The position numbers and the translations under genes are program-made. From Candidatus Stammera capleta (GTDB lineage: Bacteria; Pseudomonadota; Gammaproteobacteria; Enterobacterales; Enterobacteriaceae), in assembly GCA_036689265.1 (NCBI GenBank), contig CP144777.1, positions 22,196 through 86,195 of the forward strand: DNA of 64,000 bases. Reading direction: 5' to 3'. Under the pieces are notes generated by a model. The model saw only the letters and a list, made by a program, of their open reading frames with translations, was not told the origin of the DNA and ran no database searches. Position 1 is the first letter of the stretch; each line of letters begins with the position of its first letter. This document shows, piece by piece, positions 13,732 to 22,967 of the stretch.

Positions 13732-13848
13732 TTCTGGTAGAAATAGCATGGTGGAACAACCTGATTCCATACCGAACTCAGAAGTTAAATGCCATAGCGC
13801 TGATGGTAGTATAAGTTTTTCTTATGTGAGAGTAAGACACTGCCAGAT
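13732..13848 (+). rRNA. rrf: 5S ribosomal RNA
   Basis: Aligns with E. coli 5S (ccataccgaactcagaagttaaatgccatagcgctgatggtagt). Helix I closes by pairing 13733-13740 (tctggtag) with 13840-13847 (ctgccaga). Ends are within about 2 nt. Confidence 0.9.
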
Positions 13849-13861
13849 TATTAATTCTTTT

Positions 13862-13935
13862 GGTGCGGTAGTTCAGTTGGTTAGAATACCAGCCTGTCAC
13901 GCTGGGGGTCACGGGTTCGAGTCCCGTTCGTACCG
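13862..13935 (+). tRNA. aspT: tRNA-Asp (anticodon GUC), distal rrn tRNA
   Basis: ggtgcggtagttcagttggttagaataccagcctgtcacgctgggggtcacgggttcgagtcccgttcgtaccg is colinear with E. coli tRNA-Asp. Anticodon loop is ctgtcac. Followed by tttttt rather than CCA. Confidence 0.93.
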
Positions 13936-13984
13936 TTTTTTGTTAATATTTTATTAAATTTGTATTTTAATTTTTATAAATTAC

Positions 13985-14533
13985 ATGAGTTTTATAAAAG
14001 GTAAGTTAATTTGGATTGATTTAGAAATGACTGGTTTAGATCCTGAATGTAATAAAATAATTGAGGTAGCTACGTTAATTACTGATATAAATTTAAATAT
14101 ATTAGCAGAAGGTCCTAATTTGGTTATATATCAGAAAGATAAATATTTAATTAATATGGATAAGTGGAATACTGTTGTTCATAAAAATAGTGGTTTAATA
14201 GATAAAGTTAGAGAAAGTTTAATTAATGAGAAAAAAGCAGAAATTTTGACTATTAAATTTTTAAAAAAATGGATACCAAAAGGAGTTTCTCCTATGTGTG
14301 GTAATACTGTTTTTCAGGATAGAAAATTTTTATTTAAATATATGCCCAATTTAGAATCTTATTTTTTTTATAGAAATATAGATGTAAGTACTGTAAAAGA
14401 ATTGGTGAAAATATGGTTTTTAAAAGATTTTTTAATTAGTAATGTAAAAAAAAAAAAACATAATGCTTTATTTGATATAAAAGAATCAATTAAAGAATTA
14501 ATGTATTATAAAAAATATTTTTTTAAAAGTTGA
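13985..14533 (+). CDS. orn: oligoribonuclease
   Basis: 182-aa ORF. LIWIDLEMTGLDPECNKIIEVATLITD (DEDDh exonuclease motif I) and HNALFDIKESIKEL (motif III with His). The syntenic tRNA-Gly follows, as with E. coli orn-glyV. Confidence 0.93.
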   Translation: MSFIKGKLIWIDLEMTGLDPECNKIIEVATLITDINLNILAEGPNLVIYQKDKYLINMDKWNTVVHKNSGLIDKVRESLINEKKAEILTIKFLKKWIPKGVSPMCGNTVFQDRKFLFKYMPNLESYFFYRNIDVSTVKELVKIWFLKDFLISNVKKKKHNALFDIKESIKELMYYKKYFFKS

Positions 14534-14547
14534 TTTTTATTTTATAT

Positions 14548-14621
14548 GCGGAAATAGCTCAGTTGGTTAGAGTATAACCTTGCCAAGGTTAGGGTCGCGA
14601 GTTCGAATCTCGTTTTCCGCT
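14548..14621 (+). tRNA. glyV: tRNA-Gly (anticodon GCC)
   Basis: gcggaaatagctcagttggttagagtataaccttgccaaggttagggtcgcgagttcgaatctcgttttccgct. Perfect 7-bp acceptor stem gcggaaa/tttccgc. Anticodon loop ttgccaa. Colinear with E. coli tRNA-Gly(GCC). No CCA is encoded. Confidence 0.93.
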
Positions 14622-14740
14622 TGATTTTATTTCAAATAATATTGTTTTGTAAATAATTTATTTTTTATTTGAAAATTTTTTTAAGTTATAATATAAAGGT
14701 ATTTTTTTTAAATTTATGTAAATGTAATTATTTTAAATAT

Positions 14741-15928
14741 ATGATTATTATAAAAAAAAGAAAATTATTTATATCTTTATGTTTTTTTTTTTATGTTTTT
14801 ATATGTTGTATATTAGTATCTTATTCTTCATCTATTGTTAATAAATTGGTTGTTTTAAATTATAAAAATAATGAACAGGTATTATATAGTTTTTATTTTA
14901 ATAAAGAAATAGAATTAAAATATAATTATTATTATATGTTTAATTCAAACTCATATAAATTAAAATTAGTTTTTATTTTTAATAATTTAAATATTTTGAA
15001 TGATTTGAAAAAATTGTTTTTTTATTCAAAAAATAATAATTTAATTAAATTGATTTATTTTAAAATTATAAAACATAATAAATTTTATAAATTTATTATG
15101 TTTTTTGATTTAAATTTTAATTTCAAAATTAATTATGTAGTTTTAAATAATTATTTTAAAGCAAAATGTTTAAATATTTCTTTGAAAAATAAATATAATT
15201 TAAAAAAAAAAATATTAGAAGAAAAAAGAAAAATTATTATAGCAATTGATCCAGGTCATGGGGGTGTTGATCCTGGAGCTATTGGATTTAAAGGAATAAA
15301 AGAAAAAAATGTTGTTTTATCTATAGCAAAAAAATTATTAAAAATAATAAATATTAATAAAAAATATCATGCTTTTTTAATTAGAGAAAAAGATGATTAT
15401 ATATCTTTTAAGAAGAGATTTTATATAGCTAATAAAAAGAATTCTGATTTAATTATATCTATACATACAGATTCAGTATTAAATAGGAATGTTTATGGTG
15501 CTTCTGTTTGGATAAGTAATTATAAATTAAATTTAAAATGTATAAATAAAATAATAAAAATTTATGATAAGTATTTTGATTTTAAAAAAGATTTTTTTTT
15601 AGATAAAGAAATATTAGATATTAATAAAAATTGTTCTAATTATTTATTTAATATTTCAAGTTATATTAGTTATAATATTGCTTTAAATATAATTAATAAA
15701 TTTAAAAATATTATTTCTTTACATAAATTTATTCCTCAATATGGTGATTTGATTATTTTATCATCTTTTAATATACCTTCCATTTTAATTGAAACTGGTT
15801 ATATAAGTAATATATTTGAAGAAAAAAAATTAAATAATCAATTTTATCAAAATAAAATAGCTAAATATATTTATTTTGGAATAAATGATTTTTTAAATAA
15901 GTATGGTTTATTTTTAACAAAAAAGTAG
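14741..15928 (+). CDS. amiB: N-acetylmuramoyl-L-alanine amidase (AmiB-like)
   Basis: Amidase_3 catalytic core IIAIDPGHGGVDPGAIGFKGIKEKNVVLSIAKKL, SIHTDS and LIETGYISN. The ORF track opens at TTG 14669. ATG 14741 gives MIIIKKRKLFISLCFFFYVFICCILVSYSSS, a plausible signal or anchor peptide, so I prefer it (start uncertain). Syntenic with E. coli amiB-mutL-miaA. Confidence 0.85.
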   Translation: MIIIKKRKLFISLCFFFYVFICCILVSYSSSIVNKLVVLNYKNNEQVLYSFYFNKEIELKYNYYYMFNSNSYKLKLVFIFNNLNILNDLKKLFFYSKNNNLIKLIYFKIIKHNKFYKFIMFFDLNFNFKINYVVLNNYFKAKCLNISLKNKYNLKKKILEEKRKIIIAIDPGHGGVDPGAIGFKGIKEKNVVLSIAKKLLKIININKKYHAFLIREKDDYISFKKRFYIANKKNSDLIISIHTDSVLNRNVYGASVWISNYKLNLKCINKIIKIYDKYFDFKKDFFLDKEILDINKNCSNYLFNISSYISYNIALNIINKFKNIISLHKFIPQYGDLIILSSFNIPSILIETGYISNIFEEKKLNNQFYQNKIAKYIYFGINDFLNKYGLFLTKK

Positions 15929-15947
15929 TTAAAAAAATTATAAATTT

Positions 15948-17600
15948 ATGTGTTTTATTAAATTATTACCTGAAGAAACTATAAGGAAAATATCTGCTGG
16001 AGAATTTATTAATAGACCTTATTCTATTTTAAAAGAATTATTGGAGAATAGTTTAGATGCTTTTGCTTCTGTAATAAGAATAGATATTTTAGATGGAGGT
16101 TTAAATTTAATTAAGATTAATGATAATGGAATTGGTATGTCTAGAAAAGATTTATTTTTTTCTATAAAAAGACATACTACTAGTAAAATATTTAATTTTG
16201 ATGATTTAAAAAAATTAAATAGTTTTGGTTTTAGAGGTGAAGCTTTATCTAGTATAAGTTCAATTTCTCTTTTTAGTATTTCATCTAGAGTTAAAAATAA
16301 AAAGCATGGTTGGATAATTTATAATTATAAAAATAGAATATCTAATTTTAAAATTTCACCTTTATTGCATAATATTGGAACAACTGTGGTTGTGAAAGAT
16401 ATTTTTTTTAATTTTCCAATTAGAAGAAAAATATTATGTAATAGTAGTTATAACGAATGGTTATTGTTGAAAAAAATGATAAATTATTTTGTTTTAGTTA
16501 ATGTAAAAATTAATTTTGTTATATATAACAATGGTTATTTGTATAATAAATTTGTTGTTTTAGATGATAAAAAACAAAATATGGTTGATCGTATTAAAAA
16601 AATTTATGGAAATGATTTTTATAATAATTCTATTTATGTGAAAAAAAAAGATAACCATGTTTCATTTAAAGGTTTTTTTTCTTCATCAAAGAAAAATAGA
16701 AATATTAAGTTAATTTATTTAAATAAAAGAATTTTATCAAAAAATAATATATTATTTAATGTTGTTGATAAATTTTTAATAGATTATTTATCTAAATTTA
16801 AATATTCTTATATTTTGTTTTTTAAAATTAGTTATAAATTAATTAATATAAATATAAATCCTGATAAGAATAAAATAGAATTTATTAATTCAATTTTTAT
16901 ATGTAATAAAATATATAATAATTTAGTTATTTTTTCTAGAAAAATAACTAAATTTCATGATGTATTGTTTTTAAAAAATAATTATATAAAAACAAAAAAT
17001 AAAAAGGATAATAATTTATTTTTTAATAGTTTATTTAAAGAAAATTATATACAATATTTTTTAAAACATTTTGGTGTAATTATAAATATATTTAATAATC
17101 GTTTTTTATTTACAAGTAAAAACAATAATATTATTATTACTGATTTGTTTTATTCTTATTATTATTTAAATTTTTATATTATTAAGTATAATTTGTTTAA
17201 ATTTATAAAAAGGAAAAAATTATTATTTCCAATAAATTTTAAATTAAATAATTTAAATATTGATAATAATGTTAAAAAAATTTTATTTAAATTAGGTATA
17301 AATATAATTATAAAAAATAATTTTATTTATGTAAAATATGTACCAATAGAATTATTTAATAAAAATTTAAAAGAATTATTTTATGATTTTTTTTTATTTT
17401 TTAATAATAAAAATATAAATCTTGAAATAAAAATTTTATATTGGATATCTGATTATGTTATAAATTTTTGTGAATTTAATAATAATGAAATAATTATGTT
17501 TTTATCTAAATTTTATAAGATATATGTTTATTTTAATTTAAATAAAAATATATTTAGAATTATTGATTTAAATAAAATTTCTTTACTTTTATATGATTAA
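15948..17600 (+). CDS. mutL: DNA mismatch repair protein MutL
   Basis: 550-aa ORF. The N-terminal GHKL ATPase domain is well conserved (ISAGEFINRPYSILKELLENSLDA, NDNGIGM, FGFRGEALSSISSIS). The C-terminal half is very diverged and shorter than in E. coli (615 aa). Confidence 0.9.
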   Translation: MCFIKLLPEETIRKISAGEFINRPYSILKELLENSLDAFASVIRIDILDGGLNLIKINDNGIGMSRKDLFFSIKRHTTSKIFNFDDLKKLNSFGFRGEALSSISSISLFSISSRVKNKKHGWIIYNYKNRISNFKISPLLHNIGTTVVVKDIFFNFPIRRKILCNSSYNEWLLLKKMINYFVLVNVKINFVIYNNGYLYNKFVVLDDKKQNMVDRIKKIYGNDFYNNSIYVKKKDNHVSFKGFFSSSKKNRNIKLIYLNKRILSKNNILFNVVDKFLIDYLSKFKYSYILFFKISYKLINININPDKNKIEFINSIFICNKIYNNLVIFSRKITKFHDVLFLKNNYIKTKNKKDNNLFFNSLFKENYIQYFLKHFGVIINIFNNRFLFTSKNNNIIITDLFYSYYYLNFYIIKYNLFKFIKRKKLLFPINFKLNNLNIDNNVKKILFKLGINIIIKNNFIYVKYVPIELFNKNLKELFYDFFLFFNNKNINLEIKILYWISDYVINFCEFNNNEIIMFLSKFYKIYVYFNLNKNIFRIIDLNKISLLLYD

Positions 17601-18546
17601 TAATGTTAATTTAATTAAAAATGAAGTTTTTTGTATTTTAGGTCCTACTTCAATAGGTAAGAGTTTTATTTCTATTGAGTTAAATAAATTATTACCTATA
17701 CAAATTATTAGTGTTGATTCTGGTTTAGTATATAAATTTATGAATATTGGAACTGCTAAACCTACAGTTGATGAATTAAAAGTATATTCTCATAAACTTG
17801 TTAATTTAATAGATCCAAAAGATAGTTATTCTGTTAATAATTTTTTTTTTGATGCTAAATATGAAATAAATAAATCTATAAATAAAAAATTTAAAATACC
17901 ATTATTAGTTGGTGGTACAATGATGTATTATAATGTTTTGTTTAATGGTTTATATATTTTACCTAAAAGTAATATAAAAACACGTAATGATATTTGTGTT
18001 TTGATGAAAATATTTGGGTGTAAATTTATGTATAACATTTTATTAAAATTAGATTATTTATCTGCAAAAAATATACATGTAAATGATAAATATAGAATTA
18101 TAAGAGCATTAGAGGTTTTTTTTATTACAGGAACTAAAATTTCATATTTAAGAAATAATTTTATAAATAAAATGAATTTTAATTTTAATAAAATTATAAT
18201 ATTACCTAAAAATAGAGAATTTTTATTAAGAAATATTAAAAAAAGATTTTATAAAATGTTGTCTTCTGGATTTGAAGAAGAAGTATATTTTTTGTATAAC
18301 AGAAAAGATTTAAATATAAATATGCCTTCTATAAAATGTATTGGTTATAAGCAAATGTGGTTATATATTGATGGTAAAATTTCTTATAATAATATGATAA
18401 ACAATACTATTAATGAAACTATAAATTTAGCAAAAAAACAATTTACCTGGTTAAATAAATGGAAAAAATCTTATTTTTTTATTTTAGATAATTATAAAAA
18501 TTGTGTAAAAAAAATTTATAATTTAATTAATTTATTAATTAAATAA
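17593..18546 (+). CDS. miaA: tRNA dimethylallyltransferase
   Basis: 317-aa ORF. P-loop ILGPTSIGKSFISIEL, then IISVDSGLVYKFMNIGTAKPT and LLVGGTMMYYNVL match MiaA. The ATG overlaps the mutL 3' end by 8 nt. Confidence 0.93.
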   Translation: MINNVNLIKNEVFCILGPTSIGKSFISIELNKLLPIQIISVDSGLVYKFMNIGTAKPTVDELKVYSHKLVNLIDPKDSYSVNNFFFDAKYEINKSINKKFKIPLLVGGTMMYYNVLFNGLYILPKSNIKTRNDICVLMKIFGCKFMYNILLKLDYLSAKNIHVNDKYRIIRALEVFFITGTKISYLRNNFINKMNFNFNKIIILPKNREFLLRNIKKRFYKMLSSGFEEEVYFLYNRKDLNINMPSIKCIGYKQMWLYIDGKISYNNMINNTINETINLAKKQFTWLNKWKKSYFFILDNYKNCVKKIYNLINLLIK

Positions 18547-18583
18547 ATTTAATTTTGAAGTTTATATTTGTTGGTGATTTGTT

Positions 18584-19891
18584 TTGTGTAATAAAAAATT
18601 AAAAATTAAAAATAATGTTTTAGCTTTGTATATTAAAAATTATATTTTTAATAAAAATAGTTTATATTTAGATATAAAAGAATTTAAGAAATTAATATAT
18701 TCTTCAAATATATTAATTTTTGATTTTTTAGAAATTAATGTAAAATTTCCTAATAATAAATATTATATAGGTATAGGAAAATTAAAAGAATTAAGTAAAT
18801 ATATAAAAAAAATAAAATGTTCATTGTTGGTTTTTAATATAAAATTAAAAGGATCTCAAGAATATAATTTAAAGTGTTTTTTTAAATGTAACATTTTAGA
18901 TAGAACAGGTTTAATTTTAAATATATTTAAAAAAAGAACTAATACTTATTTGGGTAAATTACAAGTAGAATTAGCTTATTTGAATTATTTAAGTACTCGT
19001 TTAGTAAGAAGGTGGAGACATTTAGAAAGACAAAGAGGTGGATTTAGATATATTTCAGGACCAGGAGAAAAACAATTAGAAATTGATAAACGTTTGATTA
19101 AAAGTAAAATTAAGAAAGTAAATACATGTTTATGTAGAATTTTTTTTCAGAGAAATAAAAGTAGTAAATTGAGAAATAAATATAATATTCCAGTAGTTTC
19201 ATTAGTAGGTTATACTAATTCAGGAAAATCTACTTTATTTAATTTATTAACTGAATCTGATGTTAAAGTTGAAAATAAATATTTTTCTACTTTAGATCCT
19301 TTTATAAAAAAAATAAAATTATTAGATACACATAAATCTATTTTATTGTCTGACACTGTTGGATTTATTAATAACTTGCCGTTAGATATTGTAAATGCTT
19401 TTAGATCTACTTTAAATGAGATAAATGATTCTAAATTAATTTTACATGTTGTAGATATATCAAATTTATATTTTCAAAGAAATATTAATATTGTTAATAA
19501 AACTTTAAGTTTTATTAAAGTATTTAATAGTATACCTGTTATTCAAATAATGAATAAAATAGATAAAATTAAATATTTTAAAGAAAAAATAGAATTAGAT
19601 AAAAATAATTTTCCTTATAGAATTTGGGTTTCAGCTAAATATAAAAATGGTATAAATTTAATTTTAGAAGTTATACGTAAATTTTTTTATATGATAAAAA
19701 TAGAATATAATATATGTGTTCCAGTTAATTTAACTTATGAAATAAGAAAATTTTTATATAGTAATAATTTAGTTAAAAATGAATATAGTATTAATGGCAT
19801 TGATTTTTATTTTAAAATTTTGTTAACAAAAGTAGATTTTTATAATTTTGTTAATAAATTTCCTTTTATAAAAAAATTTTTGATCAATTAA
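18584..19891 (+). CDS. hflX: GTPase HflX
   Basis: 435-aa ORF. GKLQVELAYLNYLSTRLVRRWRHLERQRGG, GPGEKQLEIDKR, G1 motif LVGYTNSGKSTLFN, DTVGFI and NKID are colinear with E. coli HflX. The only in-frame start near the expected N-terminus is TTG 18584. Confidence 0.9.
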   Translation: MCNKKLKIKNNVLALYIKNYIFNKNSLYLDIKEFKKLIYSSNILIFDFLEINVKFPNNKYYIGIGKLKELSKYIKKIKCSLLVFNIKLKGSQEYNLKCFFKCNILDRTGLILNIFKKRTNTYLGKLQVELAYLNYLSTRLVRRWRHLERQRGGFRYISGPGEKQLEIDKRLIKSKIKKVNTCLCRIFFQRNKSSKLRNKYNIPVVSLVGYTNSGKSTLFNLLTESDVKVENKYFSTLDPFIKKIKLLDTHKSILLSDTVGFINNLPLDIVNAFRSTLNEINDSKLILHVVDISNLYFQRNINIVNKTLSFIKVFNSIPVIQIMNKIDKIKYFKEKIELDKNNFPYRIWVSAKYKNGINLILEVIRKFFYMIKIEYNICVPVNLTYEIRKFLYSNNLVKNEYSINGIDFYFKILLTKVDFYNFVNKFPFIKKFLIN

Positions 19892-19895
19892 ATTT

Positions 19896-20657
19896 ATGTG
19901 TTATAAATTTTATGGTATTTATACAGTTATAAATATATTAAAATATAAATATAGTTATGTTGAAAAATTGTATATTTCAAATAATAAGTTAAATAAAAAA
20001 ATTAAAATAATATTATATTTATCTAAATTAAGATTTATAAAAGTAGAATTTGTTTCTAATAGTTCAATAGATAAATTAATGAAAAATAAATATATGGTTA
20101 ACCATCAAGGAGTTGTTATTTTTTTAAAAAAAAGTGTTAGTTTTAGTGGTTCGGAGAATGAATTTTTTGATTTATTAAAGAAAAAAAATAATTTAATTTT
20201 AATTTTAGATAGGATAAATGATCCTTATAATTTAGGTTCTTGTATTAGAACTGCTGTTGCTTCTGGTGTTGATATTATTATTATTAGTAAACGTAATACT
20301 GTTTCTTTAAAAAATAATATAGTTCATAAAGTATCAACAGGAACTATATATAAAATTTTTATTTTAGAAGTTGTTAGTTTGTTAAAAATAATTAAAATTT
20401 TACATAGTTATAATTTTTTTGTTATTAGTACTACTGTATTTGATACTAAATATACATTATTTAATTTTGATTTTAATAGTTTTAGTTTGTTAGCTATTGT
20501 ATTTGGATCTGAAGAAGATGGAGTAAAAAAAATAATACAAAAAAAAAGTGATTGTTTGATTAAAATACCTATGTTAAATAATTCTAATTCTTTAAATGTT
20601 TCCGTATCTAATGGTATATTTTTATTTGAGGTATTTCGTCAAAGAAGAAAAATTTAA
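19896..20657 (+). CDS. rlmB: 23S rRNA (guanosine-2'-O)-methyltransferase RlmB (SpoU family)
   Basis: 253-aa ORF colinear with E. coli RlmB: YGIYTV (E. coli YGIHAV), ILILDRINDPYNLGSCIRTA, VFGSEEDGVKK, IKIPMLNNSNSLNVSVSNGIFLFE. Confidence 0.88.
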   Translation: MCYKFYGIYTVINILKYKYSYVEKLYISNNKLNKKIKIILYLSKLRFIKVEFVSNSSIDKLMKNKYMVNHQGVVIFLKKSVSFSGSENEFFDLLKKKNNLILILDRINDPYNLGSCIRTAVASGVDIIIISKRNTVSLKNNIVHKVSTGTIYKIFILEVVSLLKIIKILHSYNFFVISTTVFDTKYTLFNFDFNSFSLLAIVFGSEEDGVKKIIQKKSDCLIKIPMLNNSNSLNVSVSNGIFLFEVFRQRRKI

Positions 20658-20665
20658 ATTTATGT

Positions 20666-21625
20666 TTATTTAATTAAGTCATTTATTTTAAATAAGTTTG
20701 GTTTTGATTTTATTAATTCTGATATTTTTATTTTATTTCTGTTGCTTAATTGTATTTTTTTTATAGATAATATATGTTTTCCTGTAGATATTTCTAATCC
20801 ATCAAATTTATTATATTTTAATATTTTTCCTGGTATTTCGTTTTTTGTTTGTTTTTTTATTATTTTTACAGACCATATTATTATTCTTTTTTTTTTATAA
20901 AAGAAAAATGTTTTTGGCCATATATGATATGCTTTTATTTGTCTTTTAATAAATTCTGCTTTTTTTTTCCAATTAATGATTCCATTTTTTTTTTTTATTT
21001 TTTTGGCGTATGTTACATATTTATTATTCTGTTTTATTTTTTTTATTTTATTAGAAGTTATTTTTTTAATTGTTTTTAATATACATTTAATTCCTATTTT
21101 TTTTAATTTATTAAATAAATTTTTATATTTATAGTTTTTTTTAATATTACATTTTTTTTGATATAATATATCACCTGAATCTATTTTATTGTTAATTTCT
21201 ATTATTGAAATTCCTGTTATTTTATCTCCTGATAGTATTGAATTTTGAATAGGAGATGATCCTCTCCATCTAGGTAGTAGTGATGCATGTAAATTTATAC
21301 ATGATAATTTTGGTATTTTTATAATATTTCTGGGTATTTTTAATCCATATGATATAATTAGTATTAAATCAACATTTAATTTTTTTAATTTTATTTCTAA
21401 ATCTTTTAATTCTTTTTTTGATTTTGGTGTAAATATATTTTTTATATTATATTTTTTTGAAATTTTTATTATTGAATTTTTTTCTTTTTTTTTTGTTATT
21501 TTTGTTATAATTCCTTTAATATTATATATATTTTTTTTTAATATTTTTGATAAATTAAAATAGGCTAGTTCTGATGTTCCAATGAAAAGTATTTTAATTT
21601 TTTTTTTTTTTATGTTTATGTTCAT
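20666..21625 (-). CDS. fmt: methionyl-tRNA formyltransferase
   Basis: 319-aa ORF. ILFIGTSELA, INLHASLLPRWRGSSPIQNSILSGDKITGISIIE (the formyltransferase SLLP motif). Downstream of def on the same strand, as in the def-fmt operon. Confidence 0.93.
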   Translation of the reverse strand: MNINIKKKKIKILFIGTSELAYFNLSKILKKNIYNIKGIITKITKKKEKNSIIKISKKYNIKNIFTPKSKKELKDLEIKLKKLNVDLILIISYGLKIPRNIIKIPKLSCINLHASLLPRWRGSSPIQNSILSGDKITGISIIEINNKIDSGDILYQKKCNIKKNYKYKNLFNKLKKIGIKCILKTIKKITSNKIKKIKQNNKYVTYAKKIKKKNGIINWKKKAEFIKRQIKAYHIWPKTFFFYKKKRIIIWSVKIIKKQTKNEIPGKILKYNKFDGLEISTGKHILSIKKIQLSNRNKIKISELIKSKPNLFKINDLIK

Positions 21626-21636
21626 GATTTATATAT

Positions 21637-22083
21637 TTATTTTTTATAATCAATAAATAATTTTCCATTTAAATGATCAATTTCATGTTGTATACAAATA
21701 GAAAGTAATCCTTTTGCTTTTATTATTATTTTTTTTCCTTTTATGTTAAATGTTTCTAGTATTATAAATTTTGATCTATTTATTTTTAATTGTAAATTTG
21801 GTATTGATAAGCATGATTCTTGTATATTTGTAATTCCATTTTTTTCTTTTATTTTTGGATTAATTAAAATTAATTTTTTATTTTTATTAATTGATAAATC
21901 TATAACTATTATAGATTTTTTTATATTTACTTGTGTTGCAGCTAAACCTATTCCTTTATAAAAATACATTGTTTCAAACATATTTTTTATATTTTTTTTA
22001 AGATTAGAATTAAAATTTTTAACTGGTTTTGTTTTTTTTCTTAGGTTTTTGTTGGGATAAATCAATATTTTAAGTATTGACAT
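21637..22083 (-). CDS. def: peptide deformylase
   Basis: The ORF track extends to 22182, but that extension reads through the tRNA-Leu gene. ATG 22083 gives MSILKILIYPNKNLRKKTKPV (E. coli [21 protein letters not shown]). All three motifs are present: GIGLAATQ, ESCLSIP, QHEIDHLNG. 148 aa. The C-terminal helix is truncated relative to E. coli. Confidence 0.92.
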   Translation of the reverse strand: MSILKILIYPNKNLRKKTKPVKNFNSNLKKNIKNMFETMYFYKGIGLAATQVNIKKSIIVIDLSINKNKKLILINPKIKEKNGITNIQESCLSIPNLQLKINRSKFIILETFNIKGKKIIIKAKGLLSICIQHEIDHLNGKLFIDYKK

Positions 22084-22101
22084 TTTTATTTTTTTGTTTA
22101 A

Positions 22102-22188
22102 TACCCAGAGCGGGATTCGAACCCGCATAGTTAATAATAAACTGAGGGATTTTAAGTCCCTTGTGTCTACCTGTTCCACCATCTGGGT
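22102..22188 (-). tRNA. leuZ: tRNA-Leu (anticodon UAA), long variable arm
   Basis: The reverse complement reads acccagatggtggaacaggtagacacaagggacttaaaatccctcagtttattattaactatgcgggttcgaatcccgctctgggta. Perfect acceptor stem acccaga/tctgggt. Anticodon loop cttaaaa. Colinear with E. coli leuZ. No CCA is encoded. Confidence 0.9.
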
Positions 22189-22204
22189 ATAAATGAGTAA
22201 ATTA

Positions 22205-22276
22205 AGGCGTGTCTCGGAATTGAACCGAGTTTAATGGATTTGCAATCCACTGCATAAACCTTTCTGCCAACACGCC
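22205..22276 (-). tRNA. cysT: tRNA-Cys (anticodon GCA)
   Basis: The reverse complement reads ggcgtgttggcagaaaggtttatgcagtggattgcaaatccattaaactcggttcaattccgagacacgcct. Perfect acceptor stem ggcgtgt/acacgcc. Anticodon loop ttgcaaa. The order cysT then leuZ matches the E. coli glyW-cysT-leuZ operon. Confidence 0.9.
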
Positions 22277-22568
22277 GTATTTTATAAATAATTTTTTTTG
22301 TTTAAATACATTTAATTTTTTTTTATTTTTTAACAACATTTTGTTTTCATTAAAAATTAATATTTAATTAAATAATTATTTATTATATAATATAATGATT
22401 ATATTTTGTTAATTTTTGAAATAATTTTCGTAAAATTTAATTTTTCTTATTTTTTAATATATTAATATTATTTTTTTTGAATATTTTAAATTTGTTTTAT
22501 ATTTTTAAAGGTATTAAGTATTTTATTTTTAATTTTTTATTTTAATTTTTTAAATTTTAGGTTATGTT

Positions 22569-22937
22569 ATGTCAACAATTAATCAGTTAGTACGTAAATC
22601 TCGTTCTCGTAAAATGTTCAAAAATAATGTACCTGCATTAAACAGTTGTCCTCAGAAAAGAGGGGTATGTATAAAAGTATACACTATTACTCCTAAAAAA
22701 CCTAATTCAGCTTTAAGAAAAGTATGTAGAGTTCGTTTAACTAATGGTTTAGAAGTTACTGCTTATATTGGTGGTGTAGGTCATAACTTACAGGAACATT
22801 CTGTTGTATTAATTAGAGGAGGAAGAGTAAAAGATTTACCTGGAGTTCGTTATCATGTAATTAGAGGATCTTTAGATTGTTCTGGAGTTAAGGATAGAAA
22901 AAAATCTCGTTCCAAATATGGTGTTAAAAAAAAATAG
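22569..22937 (+). CDS. rpsL: 30S ribosomal protein S12
   Basis: 122-aa [15 protein letters not shown] and [20 protein letters not shown] are near-identical to enterobacterial S12. First gene of the str operon. Confidence 0.98.
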   Translation: MSTINQLVRKSRSRKMFKNNVPALNSCPQKRGVCIKVYTITPKKPNSALRKVCRVRLTNGLEVTAYIGGVGHNLQEHSVVLIRGGRVKDLPGVRYHVIRGSLDCSGVKDRKKSRSKYGVKKK

Positions 22938-22967
22938 ATTTTTAAGTATTTTATTTTGAGGTAGTTA

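Noticed and set aside
13936-13984. A T6 run immediately after tRNA-Asp as an intrinsic terminator of the rrn operon.
   Set aside because: The only upstream stem is the tRNA acceptor and T arm itself. There is no independent GC-rich hairpin, and T runs are ubiquitous here.
20849-21079. Phe-rich antisense ORFs opposite minus-strand genes that look like small hydrophobic membrane proteins. They are 20849..21079, 21743..21961, 45683..45865, 46557..46841, 50723..50962, 54278..54463, 54489..54773, 57680..57913, 58283..58591, 58937..59119 and 62789..62992.
   Set aside because: They are mirror images of Lys/Asn-rich coding sequence (AAA/AAT read as TTT/ATT). They sit entirely inside well-supported genes and have no conserved motifs. 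They are a composition artefact.
21637-22182. The 181-aa version of def, with a 33-aa N-terminal extension (MVEQVDTRDLKSLSLLLTMRVRIPLWVLNKKIK).
   Set aside because: The extension is the translation of the tRNA-Leu gene sequence. The canonical deformylase N-terminus begins at ATG 22083.
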